From assembly GCA_963695225.1 (NCBI GenBank), contig OY968762.1, positions 64,001 to 128,000 on the forward strand: a stretch of DNA of 64,000 nt, written 5' to 3'. Positions 45,749 through 54,946 of this stretch are shown piece by piece (within the stretch, counting starts at the first letter, position 1; each line of letters starts with the position of its first letter). The DNA comes from Vulcanimicrobiota bacterium (GTDB lineage Bacteria; Vulcanimicrobiota; Vulcanimicrobiia; Vulcanimicrobiales; Vulcanimicrobiaceae). Below the pieces are notes generated by a model. That model did no database searches. It saw only the letters and a list, made by a program, of their open reading frames with translations, and had not been told where the DNA came from. The position numbers and the translations under genes were made by a program.

Positions 45749-45865
45749 GACGAATTCCTCTGGTTGCGTCGCGGCCGACGGTACGTTAGAATGACGGAAG
45801 CGTTCAATATACCTTCTGCAAGAGGTTTTCCTCTCGTAAGCTGCGAGCGTGCGGAGGCGTGCCGG

Positions 45866-46642
45866 GTGCCGCGTGAGGTCGTCAAGCTCGTCGGGGGACG
45901 GGCTTACCGCTACCGGGTCGAGAGCTACCGCGATGCGGCCTCGGGGAAGGCGCGCGTCCGCTGGACGTATCTCGGAAAGGTCGACGCGGCTGACGCCGCA
46001 GCGACGATCCCGCCCGCCTCGATCCGGCGCCCGGACGCGACGCGCAAGCGCCTCGTCGGGGCGCTCGCGCGCCTGCTCGAACGGCACTCGTACGCGGAAG
46101 TGACCGCGAGTGCCGTCGCGACGGAGGCGGGCTGCGCGCACGGCACGTTCTACCGGCATTTTCCGGACAAGCGCGCCGCTTTGGCCGCGCTCTTCGAAGA
46201 GGTGGGCGCCGGGGTCGCGCGCGAGCGCCCGAGCTTCGAGGGTGCGCTCGGCACGCGGGAATCGGAACGGGCGCGCGTCGCTGCTTGGGCCGCTTCGACG
46301 CTGCGCACGTCGATCGAGCGCCCAGGGCTCGTGCGCGCCTGGCAGGCGCGTTGCGCCCAGGAGCCGGAGCTCGCGCGGGTGCGCGCGGGCCTGCGCGCGG
46401 CCGCGGTGAGCTCGCTCGCGTCCTACCTGGCGCGCCTGGTTGCGGCCGGGTATTCCTCGGTCGAAGCGCCGGACGCGCTCGCGCGCGCGATCAACGTGGC
46501 GCTCGACGGAATCCGCTTCCGAGCCGCCTTCGACCGCGCCGATTTCGACGAAACGGACGCCGGCGCGGTCCTAGCGTTGATCGATCGCGCGATCTTCACG
46601 GGCGCCCCCCGGGAAACTCCCCTTTCGACAAGCTCAGGCTGA
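45866..46642 (+). CDS. TetR family regulator with an extra N-terminal beta-sheet domain
   Basis: GGAGG RBS then GTG; HTH TASAVATEAGCAHGTFYRHFPDK; divergent from the MFS gene. Confidence 0.85.
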   Translation: MPREVVKLVGGRAYRYRVESYRDAASGKARVRWTYLGKVDAADAAATIPPASIRRPDATRKRLVGALARLLERHSYAEVTASAVATEAGCAHGTFYRHFPDKRAALAALFEEVGAGVARERPSFEGALGTRESERARVAAWAASTLRTSIERPGLVRAWQARCAQEPELARVRAGLRAAAVSSLASYLARLVAAGYSSVEAPDALARAINVALDGIRFRAAFDRADFDETDAGAVLALIDRAIFTGAPRETPLSTSSG

Positions 46643-46673
46643 CCGCTGCGCGCGTCAGCCTGAGCTTGTCGAA
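46624..46673. repeat. REP-like palindrome (TTCGACAAGCTCAGG type) between convergent genes
   Basis: Perfect 20 bp inverted repeat TTCGACAAGCTCAGGCTGAC-N10-GTCAGCCTGAGCTTGTCGAA. Confidence 0.85.
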
Positions 46674-46682
46674 GGATGAGGC

Positions 46683-48041
46683 TTAGCGCAGGCCCAGCGG
46701 CGTGTAATCGGCGCGGGCGCCGATCTTCTGGCCTTGGATGATCGACTCGGCTTTCGCGCTGTCCGGGTTCGCGCAGGTCTCGGCGGCGAAATCTCCGCCG
46801 ACGCTCGAGGCGATCGTAAAGAACTCCTCCGGGCTGCGGCGCTTCGCTTTCGCGACGATTTCGCCCGCGTAGGTCTGCTGAACCGCCTGGTGATCGCACT
46901 TGCGCCAGTAATTCATCTGTTTCTTGGCAGCGTCGTACTTGTGCCCCTCGAATGCGACCACGAGCCTCTCGGCGTCCGTCGTCCCCGCCGCGTTCATGCG
47001 GTCGACGAGTTGTTCGCCCGCTATGTAACCGAGATACTGGCGCCAGTTCGGCGGGAAACCCTTGGCGCGCGTCTTCAGCTTCGCGTAGACTTCCGCAGTT
47101 CGCGTGCCGCCTGCCTCCGGTCCCCAGACGTAGCCCCAGAGGGAACCGACGATGTCGTCGACCGGCATGCCGACGGCGACTTCGTTGCCGCAGAGGATGC
47201 CACCGAAGGTCATCCGCTTGTGGAGTCCGAGCTCCACGGCGGCCTTCGTCGCGTTCTGCGCGTCGGGGCCGTAGTTACAGAAGCACAAGACGTCCGCATC
47301 CGAGTTGCGCGCCTTCGTCATGTACGACGAGTAGTCGGTCTGCCCGAGCGGATGCAAGTCGACGCCGGATTCCTGCCCGCCGTTGGCATAGATGATCTTC
47401 TTGAAACGTGCGTACGCATCGGTCCCGAACGCGTAATCGGCGACGATGAAGTACCACTTCTTGCCCTTCTTGAGCAGCGCCGGCCCGACCGCGTTCGCGA
47501 GCATCGCGTTCGAGCAGGTCGTGCGGAACGTGACGCGATTCGCCTTGGGGCCCGTGATGTTCGTGTCGTGCGTGCCGATCGCCAAGAAGAAGATGCCGGA
47601 CTCCTCGGAGATCGCCGATACGGCCAAGCCGACGGCGGAGGAGAGGCAGCCCGTCAGAACGTCGACCTTCTCTTGCGAGATCAGGCGCTTGGCTTCGTTC
47701 GAGCCGATCGCCGGCTTGTTCGAGTCGTCGCCGCGGACGATCTGGAATTGCACGCGGGAGTTCTTCTTGTTGGCCTCGTCGACCGCGAGCTCCAGACCCG
47801 ATTGTTGCGATTCCGACGCGGCCGCGTAGACGCCGGAGAAGCCGTCGATGTGGCCGATCTTGACGGTCACGGGGCCGGCCGCGGCGATCACGTCCTTCGG
47901 TGGGAGCAGAGGGCGGGCATCGGCGTTACGCGTTTCGAGCAGGGGATACCCGAGTGCGGCGGCGCCGGCGATGCCGAGGGCACCGGTACGACGCAGGAAC
48001 TCGGTGCGCGAAACGTCATCGCGCCGGGTCTCATCGGACAT
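46683..48041 (-). CDS. Liv-type ABC substrate-binding protein with Tat-like signal
   Basis: SRTEFLRR leader, KIGHIDGFSG, SSAVGLA, ADYAFG, WRKCDHQAVQ. Confidence 0.88.
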   Translation of the reverse strand: MSDETRRDDVSRTEFLRRTGALGIAGAAALGYPLLETRNADARPLLPPKDVIAAAGPVTVKIGHIDGFSGVYAAASESQQSGLELAVDEANKKNSRVQFQIVRGDDSNKPAIGSNEAKRLISQEKVDVLTGCLSSAVGLAVSAISEESGIFFLAIGTHDTNITGPKANRVTFRTTCSNAMLANAVGPALLKKGKKWYFIVADYAFGTDAYARFKKIIYANGGQESGVDLHPLGQTDYSSYMTKARNSDADVLCFCNYGPDAQNATKAAVELGLHKRMTFGGILCGNEVAVGMPVDDIVGSLWGYVWGPEAGGTRTAEVYAKLKTRAKGFPPNWRQYLGYIAGEQLVDRMNAAGTTDAERLVVAFEGHKYDAAKKQMNYWRKCDHQAVQQTYAGEIVAKAKRRSPEEFFTIASSVGGDFAAETCANPDSAKAESIIQGQKIGARADYTPLGLR

Positions 48042-48315
48042 GCAGAAACTCCTCTAGGATCGGAAGCAGCAAATTATGGCGCGCCGCCACAGCACGTGAG
48101 GCGCGGCGTAAAAGGCTATTTCGCGATGCGAATCCGATCGACCCCGCTACCCTGCCGAAGGTCCGTGTTTCCCGTCGGCAAAGACGCTTTGCGTAGCCGT
48201 CTCATCCGTCCGAAAGCCTCACGATGAAGCGCCGACCCCAACTCCGGGACGCTGCTGCGGCGCATGGCGCGCGCCGCGCCGCCGGCCCGCAGCGTCCTAG
48301 CCGCACGAACCTGCG

Positions 48316-49308
48316 ATGACGGAGGCGGACCGCTCGCTCGATTCCTCGCGCGTCGTCCTGCTCGTGCGGCTGATCTGGGCGCTCGACGAAGGGAGTTTCG
48401 ATTTCGAAGGGCTCAAGCGGCGGATCGGAGGGGATCGGCCGCCGAGCACGCGGACGCTGCGGCGCTATCTCGCGATCCTCGGCGAAGCGGGCTTCCCCTG
48501 GTATTACGATCGCGAGCGCCGCGTCTATCGCTTCGAGGAGACGTTCGCGCTACGCCGCGTCGACCTCTCGGGCGGCGAACTCCAGGGCCTCGCGACGCTC
48601 CGCGGCATCGCGACCTCCCTCGGCGGGAACATCGGCGCTTCGATCGACCGCGTGGCCGAGAAGCTCGCGCGTATCTCGGAGCGGCCGGTGGCGGCGAGCT
48701 TGGCGAACCCGGCCGTCGTGATGCGCGTTTCGGACGCGGCACTCGACCCCAAGCGAAGCGCGGCGTTCGAACTGTTGCAGCGCGCGCAGCGCGAGCGGCA
48801 AAGCGTGCGCTTCTCATACGTGGACAAGAGCGCCAAGCGCTCGCGCAGGCACGCGGACCCATACGGCTTCGTCGTCTCGCAAGGGCGCGTCTACATGATC
48901 GCTTTCGACCGCGCCCGCGGCGCACTGCGCGTCTTCGCTCTGGACTCAATCGAAGAGCCGCAGATCGCGCCGGCTCGTTTCGTCCTGCCCGTGGATTTCG
49001 ACGTCGCGGCATTTGCGGCGGGCTCGATCAGCGGTGTGATCTCCGCCGAGCGATTGACCCCGGTCACGGTCCGGTTCGCGCCGGTCGTGGCGGGCGCCGC
49101 GAAGGCGGATCGCGTCGTCCGCGACCGGACGATCGTCGACTGTGCAGACGGCGGGGTAGAGATCACGTATGCCGTGGCGGACCCGCAAGAGTTCGTGCGC
49201 TGGACGCTGCGCTGGGGCGCGGAAGCAGAGATCGTATCCCCGGCCGCCGTACGAGCCCAAGCTCGAGCACTCGTCGACAGAATCGCCGTTCGCTACGCGA
49301 AAACGTGA
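48316..49308 (+). CDS. HTH-WYL-WCX transcriptional regulator (YafY/PafB-like)
   Basis: STRTLRRYLAILGEAGFP HTH; FSY...RHADPYGF...VYMIAFD..RGALRVFALDSI WYL; WTLRWGAEAEIVSP WCX. Confidence 0.9.
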   Translation: MTEADRSLDSSRVVLLVRLIWALDEGSFDFEGLKRRIGGDRPPSTRTLRRYLAILGEAGFPWYYDRERRVYRFEETFALRRVDLSGGELQGLATLRGIATSLGGNIGASIDRVAEKLARISERPVAASLANPAVVMRVSDAALDPKRSAAFELLQRAQRERQSVRFSYVDKSAKRSRRHADPYGFVVSQGRVYMIAFDRARGALRVFALDSIEEPQIAPARFVLPVDFDVAAFAAGSISGVISAERLTPVTVRFAPVVAGAAKADRVVRDRTIVDCADGGVEITYAVADPQEFVRWTLRWGAEAEIVSPAAVRAQARALVDRIAVRYAKT

Positions 49309-49373
49309 TATCACGCACTACCTAGGGCGAAGGTCCTATTAGGGAGTGGGAGTGATTTGCCGATTCGTTGGGT

Positions 49374-49610
49374 ATGAACAGCGAGATGGTTTACGCACCT
49401 TTTCCGACCCGGCCGGCGGCAGTCGAACACTGCACGGTTCCGTTTGATGATCTCGAACATCGCGAACGGCTGGATGCCGATGGTTGGCATTTCGTCGCAG
49501 TCTCCCGGAATGCAGAAGGCGACGGTTTCGTGGCGCACTTCGAGCGCTCGAGCGAAGCCCTTTCGCTCGCCGTATTGCTCGACTTGACGGAGCATTGGAT
49601 CGTTTGCTGA
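49374..49610 (+). CDS. Small hypothetical protein (~78 aa)
   Basis: ORF after the WYL gene, followed by an intrinsic terminator; lower GC. Confidence 0.55.
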   Translation: MNSEMVYAPFPTRPAAVEHCTVPFDDLEHRERLDADGWHFVAVSRNAEGDGFVAHFERSSEALSLAVLLDLTEHWIVC

Positions 49611-49630
49611 GGGCATAAGGAAAGGGCTCG

Positions 49631-49661
49631 AGGCTCGCGACGCGTCGCGAGCCTTTTTTTT
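49631..49661 (+). terminator. Rho-independent terminator
   Basis: AGGCTCGCGA-CGCG-TCGCGAGCCT followed by a T run. Confidence 0.88.
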
Positions 49662-49663
49662 CG

Positions 49664-50383
49664 CTACGATTCGCCCAAGTACGCGGCGGTGACTTCCGGG
49701 CGTTCGAGGAGTTCGCGTCCCGTTCCCGAGAGCGCGATCGTGCCGCGCTCGAGGACGTAGGCATCGTCGGCGATCGCTAGAGCCTTGCGCGCGTTCTGTT
49801 CGACGAGCAAGATCGTCGTGCCGCGGGCGCGTTCCTCGCGGATGATTTCGAAGATCCGGTCGACGAGCTTGGGGGCAAGGCCCATCGAGGGCTCGTCGAG
49901 CAGCAGAACTCGAGGCTTCATCACGAGCGCGCGCGCGATCGCGAGCATCTGCTGCTCGCCGCCGGAGAGCGAGCTTGCCGGCAGTGCGCGGCGCTCGCGC
50001 AAGATCGGGAAGCGCTCGTACACGTGCGCGATGCCGGCGGCGCCGTCGCGGTCGCGGGCGCGGTCGCCGGCGACCCGCAGGTTCTCCTCGACGCTCATCG
50101 TCGCGAGCATTCGGCGCCCCTCGGGGACGTGGATCAGGCCCGCCCGTACGACGTCGTGCGACGAGGCGCGCGTGAGGTCGCTCCCGGCGAACGTGATGCG
50201 CCCGGAACGGATCGGGAGTATGCGCGATAGCGCGAGCAGGAACGTCGTCTTCCCGGCTCCGTTCGCGCCGACGATCGCGCACAGCGTGTTCTCGCGCAAG
50301 CGCAGCGAGATGCCGTGCAGCACTTCGAGGCGCCCGTATCCGACGTGCAGATCCGCGACGTCGAGAATAGCGCCCGAGCTCAC
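49664..50383 (-). CDS. Branched-chain amino acid ABC ATP-binding protein (LivF-like)
   Basis: GANGAGKTT, VPEGRR, LSGGEQQMLAIAR, DEPSMGLAP. Confidence 0.93.
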   Translation of the reverse strand: MSSGAILDVADLHVGYGRLEVLHGISLRLRENTLCAIVGANGAGKTTFLLALSRILPIRSGRITFAGSDLTRASSHDVVRAGLIHVPEGRRMLATMSVEENLRVAGDRARDRDGAAGIAHVYERFPILRERRALPASSLSGGEQQMLAIARALVMKPRVLLLDEPSMGLAPKLVDRIFEIIREERARGTTILLVEQNARKALAIADDAYVLERGTIALSGTGRELLERPEVTAAYLGES

Positions 50384-51105
50384 GAAGCGGCCGCTCCGCT
50401 GCCGAGATACGCTTCGATCACGGCCGGATTCCGCGCGATTTCCGCCGGCGTCCCCGATGCGATCACGCGCCCGAAGTTCAAGACGACGATGCGATCGCTC
50501 ACCGCGGAGACGAGCGGCATGTCGTGTTCGACGAGCAGGACGCCGATGCCGCGTTCTGCGAGTCCGCGAATCAGACCGCGCAACGCCTGCGTTTCGCGCG
50601 GGTTCATGCCCGCCGCCGGCTCATCGAGCAGCACGATCCGCGGGCGCGCGGCGAGTGCGCGGGCGATTTCGAGACGCCGCTGTTCTCCATAGGGGAGCGT
50701 TCCCGCGCGGCGCGCGAGATCGGTCTCTTGCATCGAGACGGATTCGAGCAGGGCGCGCGCGGCGGCGGCATCGAGCGGCGTGGGCTGCGCGAACGCGCCC
50801 GCGCGAAGATTCTCGAGGATCGAGAGCGCTCCGAACAGCCGGATGTTCTGGTAGGTCCGCGAGATGCCGGCGCGCGCGACGCGGTGCTGCGGCAACCGCT
50901 CGAGCGCCGTGCCGCCCAGCCGGATCGAGCCGGAGCCCGCGCGCACGAGGCCGGTGACCGCGTTGATCAGTGTCGTCTTCCCCGCGCCGTTCGGGCCGAT
51001 CAGGCCGAGCACGGTTCCCGCCTCGACCTCGAGCGAGACGCCGTCGAGTGCGCGGACGCCGCCGAACGTGACGCTGACGTCCTTCAGTTCGAGTTTCGCG
51101 TTCAC
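50380..51105 (-). CDS. Branched-chain amino acid ABC ATP-binding protein (LivG-like)
   Basis: GPNGAGKTT, RTYQNIRLF, LPYGEQRRLEIAR, DEPAAGMN. Confidence 0.93.
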   Translation of the reverse strand: MNAKLELKDVSVTFGGVRALDGVSLEVEAGTVLGLIGPNGAGKTTLINAVTGLVRAGSGSIRLGGTALERLPQHRVARAGISRTYQNIRLFGALSILENLRAGAFAQPTPLDAAAARALLESVSMQETDLARRAGTLPYGEQRRLEIARALAARPRIVLLDEPAAGMNPRETQALRGLIRGLAERGIGVLLVEHDMPLVSAVSDRIVVLNFGRVIASGTPAEIARNPAVIEAYLGSGAAAS

Positions 51106-51938
51106 GCGCGCCGCTGCCAGAGCCCGGCGATTCCGCCGGGGGCGAAGATGATGATCGCGAGCAAGATCGCGCCGGTCGTCACCTCGCGATAATCGTGCAA
51201 GAAGCGGATCGACTCCGGGAGGATCGTCATCACGACGGCGCCGAGCATCGCGCCGAAAGAACTCGTCACGCCGCCGATCACGCAGGCGACGAGGATCTGC
51301 TCCATGCGGCCGAAACCGAAGTCGCCCGGCGTGATGAAGAAGTTCGCGTGCGCGTAGAGGACGCCGGCGACGCCTGCGATCACGGCTCCGGTGACGAGCG
51401 CGAGCAAGCGCACCTGCGCCGTATCGATGCCGACGCCGCGCGCGGCGTTCTCGTCTTCGCGCGTCGCGGCGAGCGCGAGCGCGAACCTCCCGTTGCCCCA
51501 GCCGAACGCGGCGACCGCGACTGCGGCGACGGCGAGCGCACCATAGATCCAGCGCGTGTCGGCGTCGTTCGGGATCCCGGAGAATCCCTCCGCGCCGCCC
51601 GTGACTTTCAAGTTGATCTCGACGATGCGCGCGATCTCTCCGAACGCGACCGTGGCGATCGCGAGGAAGACGCCGCGCAAGCGCCCGATCGGGAGCGCGA
51701 GGAGGAACGCCGCCGCGGCCGCTGCCGCCGCGCCCGCCAACAGCGAGAGTGGGAGCGGCCAGTTGCTCTGCGTCGCGCCGATCGCTCCGACGTACGCGGC
51801 GATCCCCATGAAGGCCGCTTGCGCGAGCGCGAGCTGCCCCGCGCGCAGCGAGACCGAGAGCGAGAGCGCGAGCAACGCGTTGATGCCGATTTGATCGATC
51901 AGCTTCGAATGCGCGGCGTAGAACGCGGCCAAGGACAT
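51102..51938 (-). CDS. Branched-chain amino acid ABC permease (LivM-like)
   Basis: GQLALAQAAF, LRGVFLAIATVAFGE, TGGAEG, REDENAA. Confidence 0.9.
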   Translation of the reverse strand: MSLAAFYAAHSKLIDQIGINALLALSLSVSLRAGQLALAQAAFMGIAAYVGAIGATQSNWPLPLSLLAGAAAAAAAAFLLALPIGRLRGVFLAIATVAFGEIARIVEINLKVTGGAEGFSGIPNDADTRWIYGALAVAAVAVAAFGWGNGRFALALAATREDENAARGVGIDTAQVRLLALVTGAVIAGVAGVLYAHANFFITPGDFGFGRMEQILVACVIGGVTSSFGAMLGAVVMTILPESIRFLHDYREVTTGAILLAIIIFAPGGIAGLWQRRA

Positions 51939-51942
51939 CCGG

Positions 51943-52821
51943 CTAGGCCGCGCGCAGAGCGCGTTTGCCGAGGAGTCCGGACGGGCGCAGCACGAGGATG
52001 AGGAACATGACCGCGAACGCGGCCGCATCGCGGTAGCTCGACGAGGCGAATTGAACCGTCAGCGTCTCGACGATGCCCAGGATCAACGCTCCGAGAACCG
52101 CACCCGGGACGCTGCCCATTCCGCCGAGGATGATGATCGCGAGCCCCTTGAGTTCGATGCGCGCGCCCATGTCGACGCTGACGCTGTTGTACTGCAGCCC
52201 GATCAGGATCCCGGCCGCACCGCCGAGCGCCGACGCGATGAAGAACGTCAACGCGATCGTCCGTTCGAGATCGATCCCGAGGAGCGCCGCCGCGACGCGG
52301 TCGTCGGCGACGGCACGAATGCTCCGCCCGAGCGCAGTCGAGCCCATCACGTACGTGAGGCCGGCCATCATCAAGCCCGCGATCGCGACGATCAAGATAT
52401 CGAGCCCGCCGAAGGAGAGCGGGCCGAGATGGAATTGCGAATCGCCGAAGGGGACCGTGGGGAAGCGATGTTCGTCCGGTCCCCAGACGCCGCGGGCGAC
52501 CCCCTGGATGACGATCGCGACGCCGATCGAGGAGATCAGCGGCGCGAGCGTCCCCGCGTTGCGCCGGCGCAACGGCGCGAACGCGACGCGGTCGAGCGCG
52601 ATCCCGAGGAGTCCCGCGAAGATGACCGCGGCGAGGAAGGCGGCGGCGAGCGACACGCCCGCGCCGACGAGCGCGAGCGTGACGAACGCCGCCGCCATGA
52701 AGATCGCGGCGTGCGCGAGATTGAGGATGTCGAGCACGCCGAAGATCAGTGTGTAGCCGATCGCAAACAGGGCGTAAACGGCGCCGATGAAGACGCCGTT
52801 TGCGACCTGCTGGATCAGCAC
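51943..52821 (-). CDS. Branched-chain amino acid ABC permease (LivH-like)
   Basis: QQVANG..GAVYALFAIGYTLIFGVL.ILNLAH, ILGGMGS. Confidence 0.93.
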   Translation of the reverse strand: MLIQQVANGVFIGAVYALFAIGYTLIFGVLDILNLAHAAIFMAAAFVTLALVGAGVSLAAAFLAAVIFAGLLGIALDRVAFAPLRRRNAGTLAPLISSIGVAIVIQGVARGVWGPDEHRFPTVPFGDSQFHLGPLSFGGLDILIVAIAGLMMAGLTYVMGSTALGRSIRAVADDRVAAALLGIDLERTIALTFFIASALGGAAGILIGLQYNSVSVDMGARIELKGLAIIILGGMGSVPGAVLGALILGIVETLTVQFASSSYRDAAAFAVMFLILVLRPSGLLGKRALRAA

Positions 52822-52842
52822 GCCGGAGTCACTCCCGTATTA

Positions 52843-53970
52843 TTAATGGAAATCTGCGAACTTTCCGTTCTTGACTTGCAGGATCGCGCTCGACGCGCGA
52901 ACGTCGCGCGTCGGCAGGAAGGACACGGGTCCGAGGACCGTCTGAATCGAGGGCAGCTTCGCGAGCGCGCTGCAGACGGCATCCGGAGTCGTCGCGCCAT
53001 CTTTGATCACGCGCGCCGAGATTTGCGCCGCTGCGTACGCTTGCGCCGCGAACTGGTCCGGGCCGGAGCCGAAGCGCTTGGTGTACCGGTCGACGAACGC
53101 TTTGTTGCCGGGGAAGTTGTTGCCGAGGAAGTAGGCGGCGCCCACGATGACGTTCTCGGCGGCGGGACCCGCGATCTCCATCAGCTTGGGAGAGTTGAGG
53201 CCGTTCCCCCCGACGATATGCGACGTGATGCCGGTTTGCTTCGCTTGCGCGAGGATCTTCACGGCTTCTGCGAGGAGCGAGCCGACGACCAGCAGGTCCG
53301 GCTTCTTTTCGGCGATCTTCGTGAGCTGCGCCTTGAAGTCGGCATCGCCCGTGTGATAGGTCTCGACGTCGACGAGCTCGATGTTGTTCTTGGCGAGCAC
53401 GTCTTTGAAGATCTCGAAGTCCGTCTTCGTGAATTGGTTGTCGTCGCCGTAGATGATCGCGGCGGTCTTCGGTTTGAGGCTCTTGGCGATGAGTGCGATC
53501 GCCTCGGGGACGACCTGTTCCTCGGCGAGCGAGTCGCGGAAGACGCAGGGCCCTTGCGCGGTGATCCCTTGCGCGGTGTTGGAGATCGCGAGGATCGGAA
53601 GCCCCGCCTTCACGGCGATCGGATCGGCCTTCTTCGCTTCGCTGGAGAGCGTGGGGCCGATCAAGAGCGCCGTCCCGTCGGTCGTGAACTTTTGGGTGAG
53701 CGTCACGACCTGCGCCGGATCGCTCGCGGCGTCTTGGACGTCGAACTGCAGCGTTGCGCCGCCGGCATCGATCGTACCGGCCTTGAGGTCTTCGGCGGCG
53801 AGATCGAACGCGTTCTTCTGGGCCGTCCCATACGCGCCGGCCGAGCCCGTGACGTCGGCGATGACGCCGATCTTCACGGTCTTGCCGGCCATCGGACCGG
53901 GCGCCGCGAGCGCCCCGGCGCACGCAAGCGCGCCGACGAGCCCCGCAGCGATGACGGAGGATAGTTTCAC
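52843..53970 (-). CDS. Branched-chain amino acid ABC substrate-binding protein (LivK/J-like)
   Basis: Signal peptide; [35 protein letters not shown]. Confidence 0.92.
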   Translation of the reverse strand: MKLSSVIAAGLVGALACAGALAAPGPMAGKTVKIGVIADVTGSAGAYGTAQKNAFDLAAEDLKAGTIDAGGATLQFDVQDAASDPAQVVTLTQKFTTDGTALLIGPTLSSEAKKADPIAVKAGLPILAISNTAQGITAQGPCVFRDSLAEEQVVPEAIALIAKSLKPKTAAIIYGDDNQFTKTDFEIFKDVLAKNNIELVDVETYHTGDADFKAQLTKIAEKKPDLLVVGSLLAEAVKILAQAKQTGITSHIVGGNGLNSPKLMEIAGPAAENVIVGAAYFLGNNFPGNKAFVDRYTKRFGSGPDQFAAQAYAAAQISARVIKDGATTPDAVCSALAKLPSIQTVLGPVSFLPTRDVRASSAILQVKNGKFADFH

Positions 53971-54054
53971 GGAAATACTCCTCGATCGTGAACCGCATCG
54001 CAAAAGTCGCGAGCGGACTAGCTCAACGCGGTTTGATTGCGGGGAGCGCCGTTC

Positions 54055-54861
54055 CTACAAGAGCGGGCGGAGCGCGCGCATGAACGCGCCGAACCGGGCG
54101 TCCGCTTCGGGAGAAGAGGGTAGCGCCGTGTAGACGGCGAGCGCGTAACGGTGCCCCTCCGCGGTTTCGAGGATGCCGCCGTCGTGCGAGACTTCCTCGG
54201 TATCGCCCGTCTTGTGCGCGAACCGATCGCCGCGGCGCAGGCCCAGGCTGAGCTTGTCGTTCCATTCCTGGGCGGCGAGAACGCCGGCGAGCCATTCGCT
54301 GCCGGGGAGTTCCCGGCGCGCGATCGCGCCGAAGAGCGCGGCGGCGTCCGAGGCCGGGTGGCTGTTGCGCCCCGTCGCCCCCGGATCCTCGATGAGCGGC
54401 AGGCTCCCGGAGAGCTTCCGGCGGACCGCGGTGCGGGCGAGGCCGATCTCGACGCAATGGGCCGTGATCCGTTCGCGCCCGAGGAAATCGATCAGCACGT
54501 TCGTGGCGACGTTGTCCGAGCGGGCGATCATGAGCGTCGCCAACTCCTCGAGTCCGGCCGAGTATCCCGCGACGAACGGCGAGGGTTTGTCGTTCGCCGT
54601 CATGTTTGCCGCGGTCACGCCGGCTCGATCCTCCGGGCGGCAGTCGCCCCGGGCCCAGGCCGCTGCGAGGCAGGCGGCGATCGGAGTCTTGATCATGCTG
54701 GCGGGGTAGCGTTCGGCCTCGGGATCGAGGCGCACCGCGCCGAGCCCCGGCACGCCCGCCGGCGGATGCCCGGCTCGCGGCTCCAGGGGGGCGATGACGA
54801 TCGAGGGGCCGGCAAGCCCGGCCGCCTCCGCCAGCTCGCGGAGAAACTCAACGCCCCGCAT
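54055..54861 (-). CDS. Serine hydrolase, class A beta-lactamase-like (Beta-lactamase2), no signal peptide
   Basis: PASMIK (SxxK), SDN, HKTG. Confidence 0.85.
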   Translation of the reverse strand: MRGVEFLRELAEAAGLAGPSIVIAPLEPRAGHPPAGVPGLGAVRLDPEAERYPASMIKTPIAACLAAAWARGDCRPEDRAGVTAANMTANDKPSPFVAGYSAGLEELATLMIARSDNVATNVLIDFLGRERITAHCVEIGLARTAVRRKLSGSLPLIEDPGATGRNSHPASDAAALFGAIARRELPGSEWLAGVLAAQEWNDKLSLGLRRGDRFAHKTGDTEEVSHDGGILETAEGHRYALAVYTALPSSPEADARFGAFMRALRPLL

Positions 54862-54946
54862 CGGCGTCCATTAATGCAAGTACGTGCTTGCGTCCTCGAA
54901 GGCGAGCTGGTAATATGCGTGTGAGTACTTGCATGAGTGAAGCCCC

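Noticed and set aside
39392..49308. SNF2 plus WYL as a defence island
   Set aside because: They are separated by metabolic and transport genes with host-like composition, with no nuclease, methylase or mobility genes.
54055..54861. Antibiotic-resistance beta-lactamase
   Set aside because: No signal peptide, and only generic SxxK/SDN/KTG motifs shared with many serine hydrolases.
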